Made by a program: the position numbers and the translations under genes
Notes under the pieces: generated by a model
What the model was told of the DNA's origin: nothing
Database searches by the model: none
The model's input: only the letters and a program-made list of their open reading frames with translations
In this document: positions 1 to 9,038 of the stretch, one piece after another
Layout: every line of letters starts with the position of its first letter
How positions within the stretch are numbered: the stretch's first letter is position 1
Source of the DNA: a phage
Sequence record: OR896157.1
DNA: 64,000 nt
Strand: one strand, 5' to 3'

Positions 1-141
1 TTCTTCTTTAGAAGGTTCTTTGAACTTGCTATATACTACCATAGCGCCATCAGCGTATTGTTCAAAGTTTGCTTCTTCTGCCGATACGGGCGAGATTAAA
101 GTGGCTGCAAATAAAATCGCAGCCAATGCACGTAGAGTCAT
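1..141 (-). CDS. hypothetical secreted protein, 5' part only (gene runs off window start)
   Basis: ATG at 139-141 (minus); open to position 1; N-terminus MTLRALAAILFAATLISPVSA looks like a signal peptide. Confidence 0.3.
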   Translation of the reverse strand, partial: MTLRALAAILFAATLISPVSAEEANFEQYADGAMVVYSKFKEPSKEE

Positions 142-148
142 AAAAGCC

Positions 149-361
149 TCAGCGTTGTCCTGTATTAAGTTTGTGCTGAAGAACAGCCTTAACTTTATCG
201 AGGTATTTTTGCAGCTGGCGTTTACGCAAATAGTCTGGGCGTGCACCATGCTGGCGAAACTCTTCGTTTAGACTTGAGATAGCGTGGCCAATCTCGCACT
301 TAATTTCTTCCAGTTGAGATACACCAAGATTACGAAGTTGCTTATCGTTCAAATGCTTCAT
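149..361 (-). CDS. hypothetical protein
   Basis: 70-aa ORF in minus-strand early gene string. Confidence 0.4.
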   Translation of the reverse strand: MKHLNDKQLRNLGVSQLEEIKCEIGHAISSLNEEFRQHGARPDYLRKRQLQKYLDKVKAVLQHKLNTGQR

Positions 362-395
362 ACATACCTCATTAGTTAGTAATAGTATTTATAAA

Positions 396-411
396 GGGGA
401 GCATGCTCCCC
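396..411 (-). terminator. stem-loop ggggagcatgctcccc followed by T-run on minus strand
   Basis: perfect 16-nt palindrome immediately downstream of ORF 421..792. Confidence 0.45.
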
Positions 412-420
412 AATTTAACT

Positions 421-792
421 TTAGTCCCACAAAATTTGGCACAGACCTTTCTCATACTTACGAGCAGCCTTTTCGTCCCAATTATAGTCCGTATCGTTTC
501 TCAACGAGCGTTTGATTTCCATCTTGTGAAATACACGAGGAATCGGTGAAGCATAGCGCATCCAGCGCAGAGTCTTCCAGAATGAATCACGATGGCGCTT
601 TTTCATCATAGAAGCAAGCTCTAACGGTCTTTCCATGTTTTCTTTAATTTGCTTATCGATATATTCATTACGCCAAAGAGAAGTTCTCTCGTAGTCATAA
701 TCTTTGATATAAGCAAATGGGTTGTTCTTCTGGTCGTGCCATTTAGAAGAAGTGGTTACGTGCCAGCCTTTACGACGAATAGTTCTTGACAT
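421..792 (-). CDS. hypothetical protein
   Basis: 123-aa ORF, basic, no recognised motif. Confidence 0.5.
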   Translation of the reverse strand: MSRTIRRKGWHVTTSSKWHDQKNNPFAYIKDYDYERTSLWRNEYIDKQIKENMERPLELASMMKKRHRDSFWKTLRWMRYASPIPRVFHKMEIKRSLRNDTDYNWDEKAARKYEKGLCQILWD

Positions 793-848
793 ATCTACCT
801 CTTGAGTTAAAGTACCTCAATGGTAGTAAAATCCTGCTTTAAAATATT

Positions 849-959
849 TCATGGTGATACTTTCCCTTCAATTAAAATCTTTAAGAATCCAAGTAAAGCT
901 GCTATGATAAACCCAGCAGCTGGAAAAGCGAATAACCAAAATAATACATCAATAATCAT
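849..959 (-). CDS. small hydrophobic peptide (putative membrane protein)
   Basis: hand-translated MIIDVLFWLFAFPAAGFIIAALLGFLKILIEGKVSP; ATG overlaps upstream stop (ATGA); below ORF-track size cutoff. Confidence 0.25.
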   Translation of the reverse strand: MIIDVLFWLFAFPAAGFIIAALLGFLKILIEGKVSP

Positions 960-1087
960 CCTAATGTTACCTTGCATTTGCATTTTGGACATTCAACTTC
1001 TTTTACGCGAAGACGCTTTGTCTTCGAGCGCGGCGCTGTATCATGGTCATAAACATGAAGACATCGATAGCAAATGACTAATTTCAT
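956..1087 (-). CDS. small zinc-ribbon-like protein
   Basis: hand-translated MKLVICYRCLHVYDHDTAPRSKTKRLRVKEVECPKCKCKVTLG; CxxC..CxxC spacing. Confidence 0.3.
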   Translation of the reverse strand: MKLVICYRCLHVYDHDTAPRSKTKRLRVKEVECPKCKCKVTLG

Positions 1088-1114
1088 CAGTAGATAGCCT
1101 CGAAGATTTTTACA

Positions 1115-1699
1115 CTATTCATAAATACCAGTCATTTCACACCAATGTTTTCGACAGAGTGAGACGTATTTGTCTTCACCACCTAATTCAATAGTATCAC
1201 CTTCTACGATAGCATTTCCTTCTTGGTCAACACGAGCAACCATTGTTGCTTTACGACCACAATGGCAAACACCCTTCAGTTCGCAGAGTTTATCTGCAGT
1301 TGCCAGAAGAGCGGCAGAGCCCTTAAATAGGTTACCACGGAAATCTGTACGAAGTCCATAGGCCATCACTGGAGTATTATAGAGGTCAACAATTTGACAT
1401 AATTGAAGAACGTGAGACTGGGTCAAGAATTGAGCTTCGTCAACAAACACACAGTGAATATCTTTTTGAGTCTGCGCCCATTTGAAAAACTCAAGAATGT
1501 CCATGTCTTCAGTGATGGTATTTGCTTCAGCATGTAGACCAACACGAGATACAACTTCATTTGCTGAATCTCGCGTGTCAATAGCTGGCTTAAGAATGAG
1601 CGTTCCCATTCCACGCTCTTTATAGTTATGAGCTGCTGTAAGCAGAGATGCTGATTTACCAGCATTCATTGAAGCATAGTTAAAATAAAGCTGAGCCAT
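1115..1699 (-). CDS. tk: thymidine kinase
   Basis: P-loop MNAGKSASLL, C-terminal CxCGxxA...RxxWC zinc motif typical of TK; start taken at MAQLYF (ATG overlapping upstream stop, TAATG). Confidence 0.85.
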   Translation of the reverse strand: MAQLYFNYASMNAGKSASLLTAAHNYKERGMGTLILKPAIDTRDSANEVVSRVGLHAEANTITEDMDILEFFKWAQTQKDIHCVFVDEAQFLTQSHVLQLCQIVDLYNTPVMAYGLRTDFRGNLFKGSAALLATADKLCELKGVCHCGRKATMVARVDQEGNAIVEGDTIELGGEDKYVSLCRKHWCEMTGIYE

Positions 1700-2154
1700 T
1701 ATTCGCCGTCCCAATCAACTACAATAATATCAACATTTGGAGTGAACATATTAATTAATGCTTCAATCTTTTCCCAATCGCCACCAGCAATGCCGGCGCC
1801 AATGCGAGGAATATAAACATCCATTTTGAACAAAGAACCAGATAAGAATTTGTCCATTTTCTGAAAAGCATTAATTAATGCGCCATAATCAAGATTAGGA
1901 CCTGGTTCGTATTGAGTGTAAAGATTAAAGCAAGCACCACCATTTAATGCTAACGCTAAGCTAAAAGTTCCAAGCTTTTTATGGTCAGCATAATCTGTAG
2001 CTGCTTTGTCAGTTGACAAAATAACCGGAAATTTTGAAGCAAGTTGTCCTGCTACGCCAGCACCCATAGTATGGAAACAGTTACAACCATGAGCAATAAC
2101 TTTGCCTTCAGAATATAGCTTAACAATATCGCCTTTAATGTAATTTACAATCAT
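1699..2154 (-). CDS. macro-domain protein (putative ADP-ribose binding/hydrolase)
   Basis: GDIVK...IAHGCNC...GAGVAGQL and IPRIGAGIAGGDWE resemble macro-domain glycine-rich loops. Confidence 0.5.
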   Translation of the reverse strand: MIVNYIKGDIVKLYSEGKVIAHGCNCFHTMGAGVAGQLASKFPVILSTDKAATDYADHKKLGTFSLALALNGGACFNLYTQYEPGPNLDYGALINAFQKMDKFLSGSLFKMDVYIPRIGAGIAGGDWEKIEALINMFTPNVDIIVVDWDGE

Positions 2155-2570
2155 CTTTTCCTCAACTCAGGTATGCTTTTAAATTGATAAGTAGCGTAGT
2201 TTTCAAATTCATCGTAAACTCGTGCATAAATTTCTTCGCCACATGTTAACTTTTTGAAAGACTTCAAATCTCTTTCAGAAAAATCTATCGATACTCCGTT
2301 GATGATTCCGGAGGATTTGGCTCCGCAACCTCGAAAATGAATTGAACCACCCGGAATAATAGCTTGGTCTTCTTTGTTAGAGTAATTGTAAAATGATACA
2401 CCAAAAGCTTTCTTTTTAGGATAGTAAGAAACTTCAATATTCTTTTTAAACGAACCAGTTGTTTCAACTAGCTTACCATCAATAGCGTAGATATTATCAG
2501 GATAGCCTGGGAGTTTTTCCCAGGCATTTACCGATAATGGTAGAGCTAGCAGAAATGCTGCTATTTTCAC
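2151..2570 (-). CDS. hypothetical secreted protein
   Basis: N-terminal signal peptide MKIAAFLLALPLSVNA. Confidence 0.45.
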   Translation of the reverse strand: MKIAAFLLALPLSVNAWEKLPGYPDNIYAIDGKLVETTGSFKKNIEVSYYPKKKAFGVSFYNYSNKEDQAIIPGGSIHFRGCGAKSSGIINGVSIDFSERDLKSFKKLTCGEEIYARVYDEFENYATYQFKSIPELRKR

Positions 2571-2893
2571 TTAGATAATCCCGCTATATACACCCTCAAT
2601 AACGTATCACGATATTCTTCGCATACGTTTACATCAGGTGCATTATCACACAACGACTCAAGGTCTTTAGCCTTACGAGCCACCAAGGTAGACCATTTAA
2701 AGCGGCTACCAGAATCAGTTTGTCCTTCAGCATAAGTTTTGTCAAAGTCAAATGACAAAATGTTCAAACACTCTGTATTAGTCTTAGTGCAGAATTGCTT
2801 TGCTAATACTAAAGAATCATCTTGTTCAGTAGCAAAATCAACTTTACACCCAGATAGAGCAAAAACTATTAGAAGTACAAACAACTTTTTCAT
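2567..2893 (-). CDS. putative lipoprotein
   Basis: signal peptide with lipobox LSGC. Confidence 0.45.
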   Translation of the reverse strand: MKKLFVLLIVFALSGCKVDFATEQDDSLVLAKQFCTKTNTECLNILSFDFDKTYAEGQTDSGSRFKWSTLVARKAKDLESLCDNAPDVNVCEEYRDTLLRVYIAGLSK

Positions 2894-3441
2894 TATTCCA
2901 CCGTATAATGAAGTATTTTACGAGATTTCAAGTAATTCGCCTTTGCTAATACTTCAGAGGCGTACTTGTTGCCGGCTTTCCACTTGTTTCCTGCGTTGTA
3001 TGATGCTATGGCTTTTCTCATATCACCGTTATGACGGTCTAACCAATAACTTAACTCAATATACGCCCAAGCGGCGGAGTGCTTCCGGCTCTTTGCCATG
3101 CGGATGATTTCAGCGTCTGTCATTGACCATCCGGCTTGTTTAACTCTTTCCCTAAGTGTAGGAAGATAATTTTGAAATATCCCGTAAGCTTGATGCCCAT
3201 GTTTACCAGTTGTACGTAAGCCTGCAGAACTTTCCTGCCAGACTAGTGCAGCCATAATGTAACCAAGTCCATCATTGTCATAGCGCTTACTATGGTCTTT
3301 ATACTTCCCATTCTTCTGAAATTGTTCACCAAACGAATATGCGTATTGCAAATTGTCGAGTTGGACATTACTGAAGGTGTGTTCGGACGCGAATCCTAGA
3401 GACGAAACTAGGAGTAACGCCGCGCATAGAGCTTTTTTCAT
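2893..3441 (-). CDS. putative lytic transglycosylase (SLT-like), secreted
   Basis: signal peptide; WQESS...AYGIFQ resembles SLT catalytic ES..GLMQ motif. Confidence 0.45.
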   Translation of the reverse strand: MKKALCAALLLVSSLGFASEHTFSNVQLDNLQYAYSFGEQFQKNGKYKDHSKRYDNDGLGYIMAALVWQESSAGLRTTGKHGHQAYGIFQNYLPTLRERVKQAGWSMTDAEIIRMAKSRKHSAAWAYIELSYWLDRHNGDMRKAIASYNAGNKWKAGNKYASEVLAKANYLKSRKILHYTVE

Positions 3442-3459
3442 GTTTACCTCAAATTAAAG

Positions 3460-3924
3460 CTATAACTTGATAATCTTTGTGCTGATTTTACCTTTCAAGC
3501 GTTTATCATTTACGAATGCCATGCGACATTGCATGGAGTGACCGCGGAACGGATGTTCTGGGTTTGGTAGAGAGACAGTCATTCCAAGCCATAGAGTACC
3601 ATCTGTGATTTCCAGACGTTGAGGTCTGTACTCTACTTCTGGGTCAATTTCCGATGGGTCAATTGGAAGCATCGGCATTTCTAAGAACTCGTGAATTTCT
3701 GTTACATGGTTGTGTACTTTGTGGAACAGAGCGAACACATACTCTTCATCAATTTCTCGCTGGATAGCACGGTCCAGGAGGTGATTAGAATATTTAATAA
3801 AGAAAGCTGGAATACCAGCAGATGCGCAAGCACTACGTATAGAATCGTTTACACTCTTGAATTCAGTCTCAAAGCGGCGACGTAGCTTGTTTCGGCGGAT
3901 GAATACTTCTGGGTTAGTTGTCAT
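3460..3924 (-). CDS. regB: RegB-like endoribonuclease (tentative)
   Basis: about 154 aa, N-terminus MTTNPEVFIRRNKLRR; position between tk and e matches T4 order; start moved to ATG 3922-3924 behind AGGAG RBS. Confidence 0.45.
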   Translation of the reverse strand: MTTNPEVFIRRNKLRRRFETEFKSVNDSIRSACASAGIPAFFIKYSNHLLDRAIQREIDEEYVFALFHKVHNHVTEIHEFLEMPMLPIDPSEIDPEVEYRPQRLEITDGTLWLGMTVSLPNPEHPFRGHSMQCRMAFVNDKRLKGKISTKIIKL

Positions 3925-3980
3925 TTTCAATCTCCTTTGTTGATAGGGCTATAGTATCATAGCCCTTGGAGAAAGTAAAT
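3921..3980 (-). promoter_or_regulatory. conserved ~60-bp cassette, copy A (hairpin agggctat...atagccct plus AGGAG RBS)
   Basis: near-identical to 21113..21180; sits immediately upstream of regB-like ATG. Confidence 0.5.
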
Positions 3981-3982
3981 AG

Positions 3983-4255
3983 TCAGTAGTTATGGTCATC
4001 GTAGAACACTTGAAGCAGAACATTGCTACGCAGCTTCTTGGTGTCCGCGATGCGTTGACGGAGCTTTGAGATTTTGTCCTGAACAGCATTGAAAGCATCA
4101 GAAGTCTTAGGGTCATGAAGACCCATAGACTCATCCACAAGCTGCTCCATCTTTTCTTCCATAGCATTGATAGCTTCGGAGAAAGACTCGGAGACTTTGT
4201 TGCGGATAGACATTAATACTTTTCTTCTGGTTGAAATACTGAACGGCATGCCCAC
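3983..4255 (-). CDS. hypothetical protein
   Basis: 90-aa ORF; true start may be internal. Confidence 0.4.
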   Translation of the reverse strand: MGMPFSISTRRKVLMSIRNKVSESFSEAINAMEEKMEQLVDESMGLHDPKTSDAFNAVQDKISKLRQRIADTKKLRSNVLLQVFYDDHNY

Positions 4256-4494
4256 ATAGAAGCTTCTTTCAAACGATCAATTGCATTACGAATCTGAGTG
4301 ATTCTAGAATGAGCTAGATCGAATTCTTCGTCGCTTATAGTGTCAACATCCAAGTCCATGTAAACTTTGACATGCTCTTCTTCTAAGGCTTTGAAAATCA
4401 AGCCAAGACGTAATTCAGCATCTTTGATAGCGTTCACTTTACCAATTTTGTCATCAGTGTGTGGTTTATAGCCTTTGATATCTTCAATTGACAT
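4213..4494 (-). CDS. hypothetical protein
   Basis: 93-aa ORF, acidic. Confidence 0.45.
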   Translation of the reverse strand: MSIEDIKGYKPHTDDKIGKVNAIKDAELRLGLIFKALEEEHVKVYMDLDVDTISDEEFDLAHSRITQIRNAIDRLKEASMWACRSVFQPEEKY

Positions 4495-4856
4495 TACATT
4501 TCCTTAGTGAAAGTGCGTGAAATAACGTCGCGCTGTTGCTCTGGAGTTAGAGCATTAAAACGAACGGCATAGCCAGAAACACGAATAGTCAGCTGAGGAT
4601 ATTTTTCTGGATGTTGAACTGCATCTTCTAAAGTTTCTTTAGACAGCACGTTCACGTTCAAATGCTGTCCACCTTCAACTTTAACTGTAGGCTTGGTTTC
4701 AATTCCAATTTCACGAGATTCAAAACCAAAGAAAGTTTCTACATCAACTATAGAATCTTCTGGCAAAGTTTTAGATACAATCACACGGGCTTTATCACCA
4801 TCTTCAAGATAAATTGTGCCTTTATGAGTGCCGTTCAAAATTTGATATGCGTTCAT
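4494..4856 (-). CDS. hypothetical protein
   Basis: 120-aa ORF, stop/start overlap with neighbour. Confidence 0.5.
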   Translation of the reverse strand: MNAYQILNGTHKGTIYLEDGDKARVIVSKTLPEDSIVDVETFFGFESREIGIETKPTVKVEGGQHLNVNVLSKETLEDAVQHPEKYPQLTIRVSGYAVRFNALTPEQQRDVISRTFTKEM

Positions 4857-4865
4857 AGTAGTTCC

Positions 4866-5102
4866 TTATGGGTATTGAATTTCTTCGTCAGTCTCTTTAT
4901 CATACTCACGAATTTTGATTGGTTCATTAATTCCGTAGCCACTTACAGTAAGACCAGTTTTAGCGTCTTCCCACTGTTTGGTTTCTTCATTCCACACACC
5001 GTTAGCATGCGCTTCCATTAAATCCTGTTCGCCTTGGTTTGAAAACCAGCCGCAGAAAGATTCAACCAGGTGGTCGGGGATGTCGATAATAATTTGCGCC
5101 AT
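4866..5102 (-). CDS. hypothetical protein
   Basis: 78-aa ORF. Confidence 0.4.
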   Translation of the reverse strand: MAQIIIDIPDHLVESFCGWFSNQGEQDLMEAHANGVWNEETKQWEDAKTGLTVSGYGINEPIKIREYDKETDEEIQYP

Positions 5103-5395
5103 GTTGGCTCCAAAGAAATGACCTTGCGGTCGTAAGTAATTAAGCTTGAAGTTTTAATGCCTTTGCATGGGCCAGAGATAAACTCTACTTCAAACCATGG
5201 ATGCTCATTCATCAGACCCACATCTGGCGAAGTGCAGAGGAACAACGAGCCTTTAAAAGGCCCATCTAAAAATCGATACAGCTTTGGCTCAAGAACTGCC
5301 CCATCTGAAAATTTGATATGCAGAATATTAATCAAAGATTCTACATTACATTTTCCAGTAGAACGCAAAAAGCGGATATATTCACCTGTAGTCAT
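5018..5395 (-). CDS. hypothetical protein
   Basis: ORF 5018..5437 trimmed to internal Met because a GGGCC-UUCG-GGCCC hairpin lies at 5401-5414. Confidence 0.35.
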   Translation of the reverse strand: MTTGEYIRFLRSTGKCNVESLINILHIKFSDGAVLEPKLYRFLDGPFKGSLFLCTSPDVGLMNEHPWFEVEFISGPCKGIKTSSLITYDRKVISLEPTWRKLLSTSPTTWLNLSAAGFQTKANRI

Positions 5396-5400
5396 TCTAA

Positions 5401-5414
5401 GGGCCCGAAGGCCC
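5401..5414 (-). other. C(UUCG)G stem-loop gggccuucgggccc
   Basis: 14-nt perfect hairpin just downstream of ORF 5434..6024. Confidence 0.5.
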
Positions 5415-5433
5415 TTATTAAAATTTTCTTTCA

Positions 5434-6024
5434 TCATTGCATTCCTATCACAAAGAATAATGGAATCATCTCTTCACCAGTAACGTGTGATTGATGAACA
5501 CATGCATAAAATGGACCTTTGAAATGGGCTTCATAGAACTTTTCCATTTCAGGGAGTTTCATTGGTTCTTCTATAATATACAAGATTCTGTTAAGCTTTC
5601 GACCGCGGGCCTTTGAACCACCATCGCTCAGAAAACTTCGCACAGTGTCCATGATAATCATGCGTTTGGCTTCATCTGGATTTGCTTGATGAATGAGTTC
5701 TTTCTCATAACAAGCTCTTATTAGTTTTGCGGTTTCTTCTGAATTTCGTTGATGAGTGCTAATAATCCATACAGTTCCGCCATCATGTAACCAATCTGCT
5801 GCAAATTCGGCAACAGCTTTAGTCTTGCCTGATTGACGTCCGCCATCGATTTTTAGCGTAGCATATTCGCGTAGAATATCTATAGGAGTGTAATGACTTT
5901 CTTTGAGGATTTCTATACAATCATCAGCACGGATTTTGAAGGCGTGCATCAGGGATAGATATGGGGCAAATAGAGATTTTATTTTCATTTTGTTTACCGT
6001 TAGTGAGGGCCTTCCATGGCTCAA
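5434..6024 (-). CDS. P-loop NTPase-like protein
   Basis: Walker A GGRQSGKT; alternative start at MKIKSL (5988). Confidence 0.45.
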   Translation of the reverse strand: MSHGRPSLTVNKMKIKSLFAPYLSLMHAFKIRADDCIEILKESHYTPIDILREYATLKIDGGRQSGKTKAVAEFAADWLHDGGTVWIISTHQRNSEETAKLIRACYEKELIHQANPDEAKRMIIMDTVRSFLSDGGSKARGRKLNRILYIIEEPMKLPEMEKFYEAHFKGPFYACVHQSHVTGEEMIPLFFVIGMQ

Positions 6025-6176
6025 GAATTTCCATCAGCTAGCGGGATTGCTAGGACCCTGATTGTAACTGGCTTTACCGCACTTGGGCTCGACCTTTTCA
6101 CAGGTACCAGAAGCTACTTCACTCAGAGGACACGACGTTCATGAGGAGAGGTCCAGGTTGGCTTTTTGATTGAAGA

Positions 6177-6473
6177 TTAACTAAACGGGTCGTGAAGCTT
6201 ATTACCAATACGACGGAACACTTTAGCTGCAAATTTATTGGAAGGGTTATCAACCATAATTTTGCGCATGTGACCGGTCGCGACTGTTCGAGCAGCCTTA
6301 TAACCAGCAATGTTATCTTTCAAAGTAATTCGACCTTTTCCTTTAGGGTCGTCAATGGTCACTTTGTAAGTTCCCATATCTTCGCCAGGCTTAATTTCTT
6401 CAATCCAGATATAACCACCTGGAACTCGCTTTTGTTCAGCTGCTTCATTTAAAAATTCATTATAGGTTTTCAT
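6177..6473 (-). CDS. internal head protein (IPII/IPIII-like)
   Basis: [11 protein letters not shown] capsid-targeting leader as in T4 internal proteins; start taken at this Met. Confidence 0.55.
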   Translation of the reverse strand: MKTYNEFLNEAAEQKRVPGGYIWIEEIKPGEDMGTYKVTIDDPKGKGRITLKDNIAGYKAARTVATGHMRKIMVDNPSNKFAAKVFRRIGNKLHDPFS

Positions 6474-6954
6474 ATGCTTTCCATGTTCCAACTCGGAATG
6501 TTTCAATTACTCGTTTAGCACGATTTGGTGTCTGACGATACCACTTGGAATTAGCAAGCTCTTTTGCAGCCGCTTCCCATTGTTTTGATTTAAGCAGACG
6601 CATTGATGCTGGGAAACCAGCTACACCTGTTACGCCCATCTGAAACACCATATTAATAAGTGCAGCACGACGAACTCCATCAAGTACATCATATACTGGT
6701 TTTAATACAGCATTTCCGAGAATCCCTCGAGTTGCTTTATCGACGTCTTTCGCAAAAATAGCTTCTGCTTCAGCTTTTGTGATTTGACCATTACATGGAC
6801 GCCCCACAAGCTTATCAAGTTCTCGTTTAGCAGCATCAAGAGAAGGGTCACGTGTCAAAAGGTGACCGATACCGATTGTCCAAAAACCTTCAGTATCTTT
6901 ATAGATTTTAGAATCGTATCCTTCATCGATACGAAGCATGCCAAAAATGTCCAT
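6460..6954 (-). CDS. e: endolysin (T4-type lysozyme)
   Basis: 164 aa, very close to T4 lysozyme along full length (LRIDEG...YKDTEG...TIGIGHLL...NRAKRVI). Confidence 0.92.
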   Translation of the reverse strand: MDIFGMLRIDEGYDSKIYKDTEGFWTIGIGHLLTRDPSLDAAKRELDKLVGRPCNGQITKAEAEAIFAKDVDKATRGILGNAVLKPVYDVLDGVRRAALINMVFQMGVTGVAGFPASMRLLKSKQWEAAAKELANSKWYRQTPNRAKRVIETFRVGTWKAYENL

Positions 6955-6987
6955 GAGGACCTCCTATCAGTTGATAGGAGTATTTAT

Positions 6988-7467
6988 TTAGCATTCCCAA
7001 AGAGCGTCTTGAATGACCTTTGGATAAAGTTTCTGCATAACAGAGAAAAGACTTGGGCCCATTACTACATTCCACATACGCGGCTGAATCAAAGCAAACG
7101 CATCGATTTCCGGAAATTCGTTTCCATCTTCGTCCGTATGATATGCCGTGCAAATACAATCTCTGAATTGAGAGTGTTCCACTGGGAACGGATATTCAAA
7201 GATATGTATATCTTTATTGCTAGCATAATCATGTCGGCCTAGGTCCACTAGATGTCCTGGATTATAATCAACGAATCCACTTTCTTCTCTGCATTCACGA
7301 ACTGCAGCTTCAAGAGGAGATTCACCTGGCTCGATATGACCCTTTGGAATGTCCCAGCGAGATGGTCCACCACCTAGTCCAGAATTAGTTACTCGACCCA
7401 TGAACAGTTCTTTGTCTTTTGTAAAGAACAGAATACCAGCAGAGACTTCTTTAATTTTCTTACTCAA
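6988..7467 (-). CDS. nudE: Nudix hydrolase
   Basis: Nudix box GHIEPGESPLEAAVRECREESG; position next to e. Confidence 0.75.
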   Translation of the reverse strand: MSKKIKEVSAGILFFTKDKELFMGRVTNSGLGGGPSRWDIPKGHIEPGESPLEAAVRECREESGFVDYNPGHLVDLGRHDYASNKDIHIFEYPFPVEHSQFRDCICTAYHTDEDGNEFPEIDAFALIQPRMWNVVMGPSLFSVMQKLYPKVIQDALWEC

Positions 7468-7694
7468 ATTTCACCCCAACTAATTTCACGAAGTCTTTGC
7501 ATGATTGACTCAACTTCTTCAATCATATCTTCATCGCAGTCAAATGAACCTTCTACCATCCAATCACTAATTGGAGTGAACATTTCAAGGTCCGTAGATA
7601 GACGATTACGAATATCATCTACTGATTCATTGTCGTTGAAGGAGTACAGGTAAGAATCAGCCGATTCAGATTTAACAAATACCGCAATACTCAT
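7464..7694 (-). CDS. hypothetical protein
   Basis: 76-aa acidic ORF. Confidence 0.45.
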   Translation of the reverse strand: MSIAVFVKSESADSYLYSFNDNESVDDIRNRLSTDLEMFTPISDWMVEGSFDCDEDMIEEVESIMQRLREISWGEI

Positions 7695-8002
7695 ACCTTT
7701 TCCTCTAAGAAGTCAGACAGTTTAAAATCTTTACGGTCCATCAGACCATAGTGAATGTTCTTCAGCGTATCGTACATGTCCCAGTACTTTTCTTTTAGCA
7801 TATTACCAAATGGTGGAATATAAAGCTTATCCCATTTAGCAGCTAACTCACCATTGCGCAGTTCTCCTGGAACATTTTCAACGATACGTAAAACTTTAGT
7901 TGCAACCTCATAATCGGATGGCGGAATCCATCCCCAATTATGATGTACTGAACCGTTAATTTCGCCATTCAGCGAAGTAAAAATCGTAGCTGGACAACTC
8001 AT
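7691..8002 (-). CDS. hypothetical protein
   Basis: 103-aa ORF. Confidence 0.45.
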   Translation of the reverse strand: MSCPATIFTSLNGEINGSVHHNWGWIPPSDYEVATKVLRIVENVPGELRNGELAAKWDKLYIPPFGNMLKEKYWDMYDTLKNIHYGLMDRKDFKLSDFLEEKV

Positions 8003-8361
8003 CGTGTACCTCTAATACCTTGAATAAAGTTTAAAGCATCTTCACCTGGTGGAACTTCTTTAGACTTAGATTTTCGTTTAAAGAGTTTCCACTCTTTCTT
8101 TTGGTCGAAGGTTCCACGTTGAACCTGCCCAAGATAAAATAACCACTTTCCAATCCAGTAGAATGGAGTTAAAATGCCAGCCATCCAGCCAACAAAAAGT
8201 AATTGTTCACCATACAAAGGACTAAAGAAGTACAATCCCCAATATGTTCCAAACCCATAAAGCATTGTGAACATAAAGCAAATAATTATTGTACAAACAG
8301 CCCATCCAAAATTATCATATGAACCAGCATCTTTGAATCCGCGAAATAATGTTTTAATCAT
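7999..8361 (-). CDS. hypothetical membrane protein
   Basis: two or more hydrophobic helices. Confidence 0.45.
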   Translation of the reverse strand: MIKTLFRGFKDAGSYDNFGWAVCTIIICFMFTMLYGFGTYWGLYFFSPLYGEQLLFVGWMAGILTPFYWIGKWLFYLGQVQRGTFDQKKEWKLFKRKSKSKEVPPGEDALNFIQGIRGTR

Positions 8362-8717
8362 CGTTTAATCCTGCATCTGGAGATAAAGTTCTCTAAATTT
8401 TGTTTGTCGTCGTAAATGGCCTTGGCTTTAGTAAACAATTTAACATGAATTTTACAATAACACCACTTAATAAAAGAAGCAACAACAATGACAACGAATA
8501 GTGAACATAATGCGCTTAGTGGTACAGAGATAATCATTTCAGCTACAAATCCATTGAACCACCAAACTACGAAATTTGATATGAAGACAGTAAGTATAAT
8601 AATTGCCCAACAAACGTCGTCTTCGTATTTCGACTTGAATCTATCTTCAATTTCTCGTTCAAAATGTCTGATATTCATTTTAGGATTGTATTTCATTTTT
8701 ACCTCGACATTCCGCAA
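8358..8717 (-). CDS. hypothetical membrane protein
   Basis: hydrophobic segments. Confidence 0.45.
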   Translation of the reverse strand: MRNVEVKMKYNPKMNIRHFEREIEDRFKSKYEDDVCWAIIILTVFISNFVVWWFNGFVAEMIISVPLSALCSLFVVIVVASFIKWCYCKIHVKLFTKAKAIYDDKQNLENFISRCRIKR

Positions 8718-9036
8718 TGAATTCTTCTGATTCTCGGATTATTCTATTACGAAGAACTTTAGCATTCTGTTCAGCTAAACGTTTATTTTCTGGTCGCATT
8801 ACCCACCAGATTGCAATATCATGAGTTTTAGGATGAGCCCAAATCATAAATGGAAGCGAAAGAAAAGTTGTAGTTGCAAACCAAATTGGAGCATATGGGT
8901 CTTCTAACAACAGTGACGGAATAAAAACGAAAAGTGACACAAATGTGCATAAAATTAAAACTGCCATTAAGTGCCAAAAGTCTACTTTAGCTTCAAATTC
9001 TCTTAATTTTAATTCAATCTTTGGCTGATATCCCAC
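8680..9036 (-). CDS. hypothetical membrane protein
   Basis: hydrophobic segments. Confidence 0.45.
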   Translation of the reverse strand: MGYQPKIELKLREFEAKVDFWHLMAVLILCTFVSLFVFIPSLLLEDPYAPIWFATTTFLSLPFMIWAHPKTHDIAIWWVMRPENKRLAEQNAKVLRNRIIRESEEFIAECRGKNEIQS

Positions 9037-9038
9037 GG

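Noticed and set aside
820-1077. 85-aa plus-strand ORF
   Set aside because: Region is better explained by two short minus-strand ORFs with proper ATG/RBS context
4213-4494. Possible Acb2 (T4 Vs.4) homologue among small ORFs between regB and ip
   Set aside because: Size and location are compatible but I cannot recognise the sequence; left as hypothetical
6784-7242. 152-aa plus-strand ORF
   Set aside because: Antisense to the well-supported lysozyme and nudE genes
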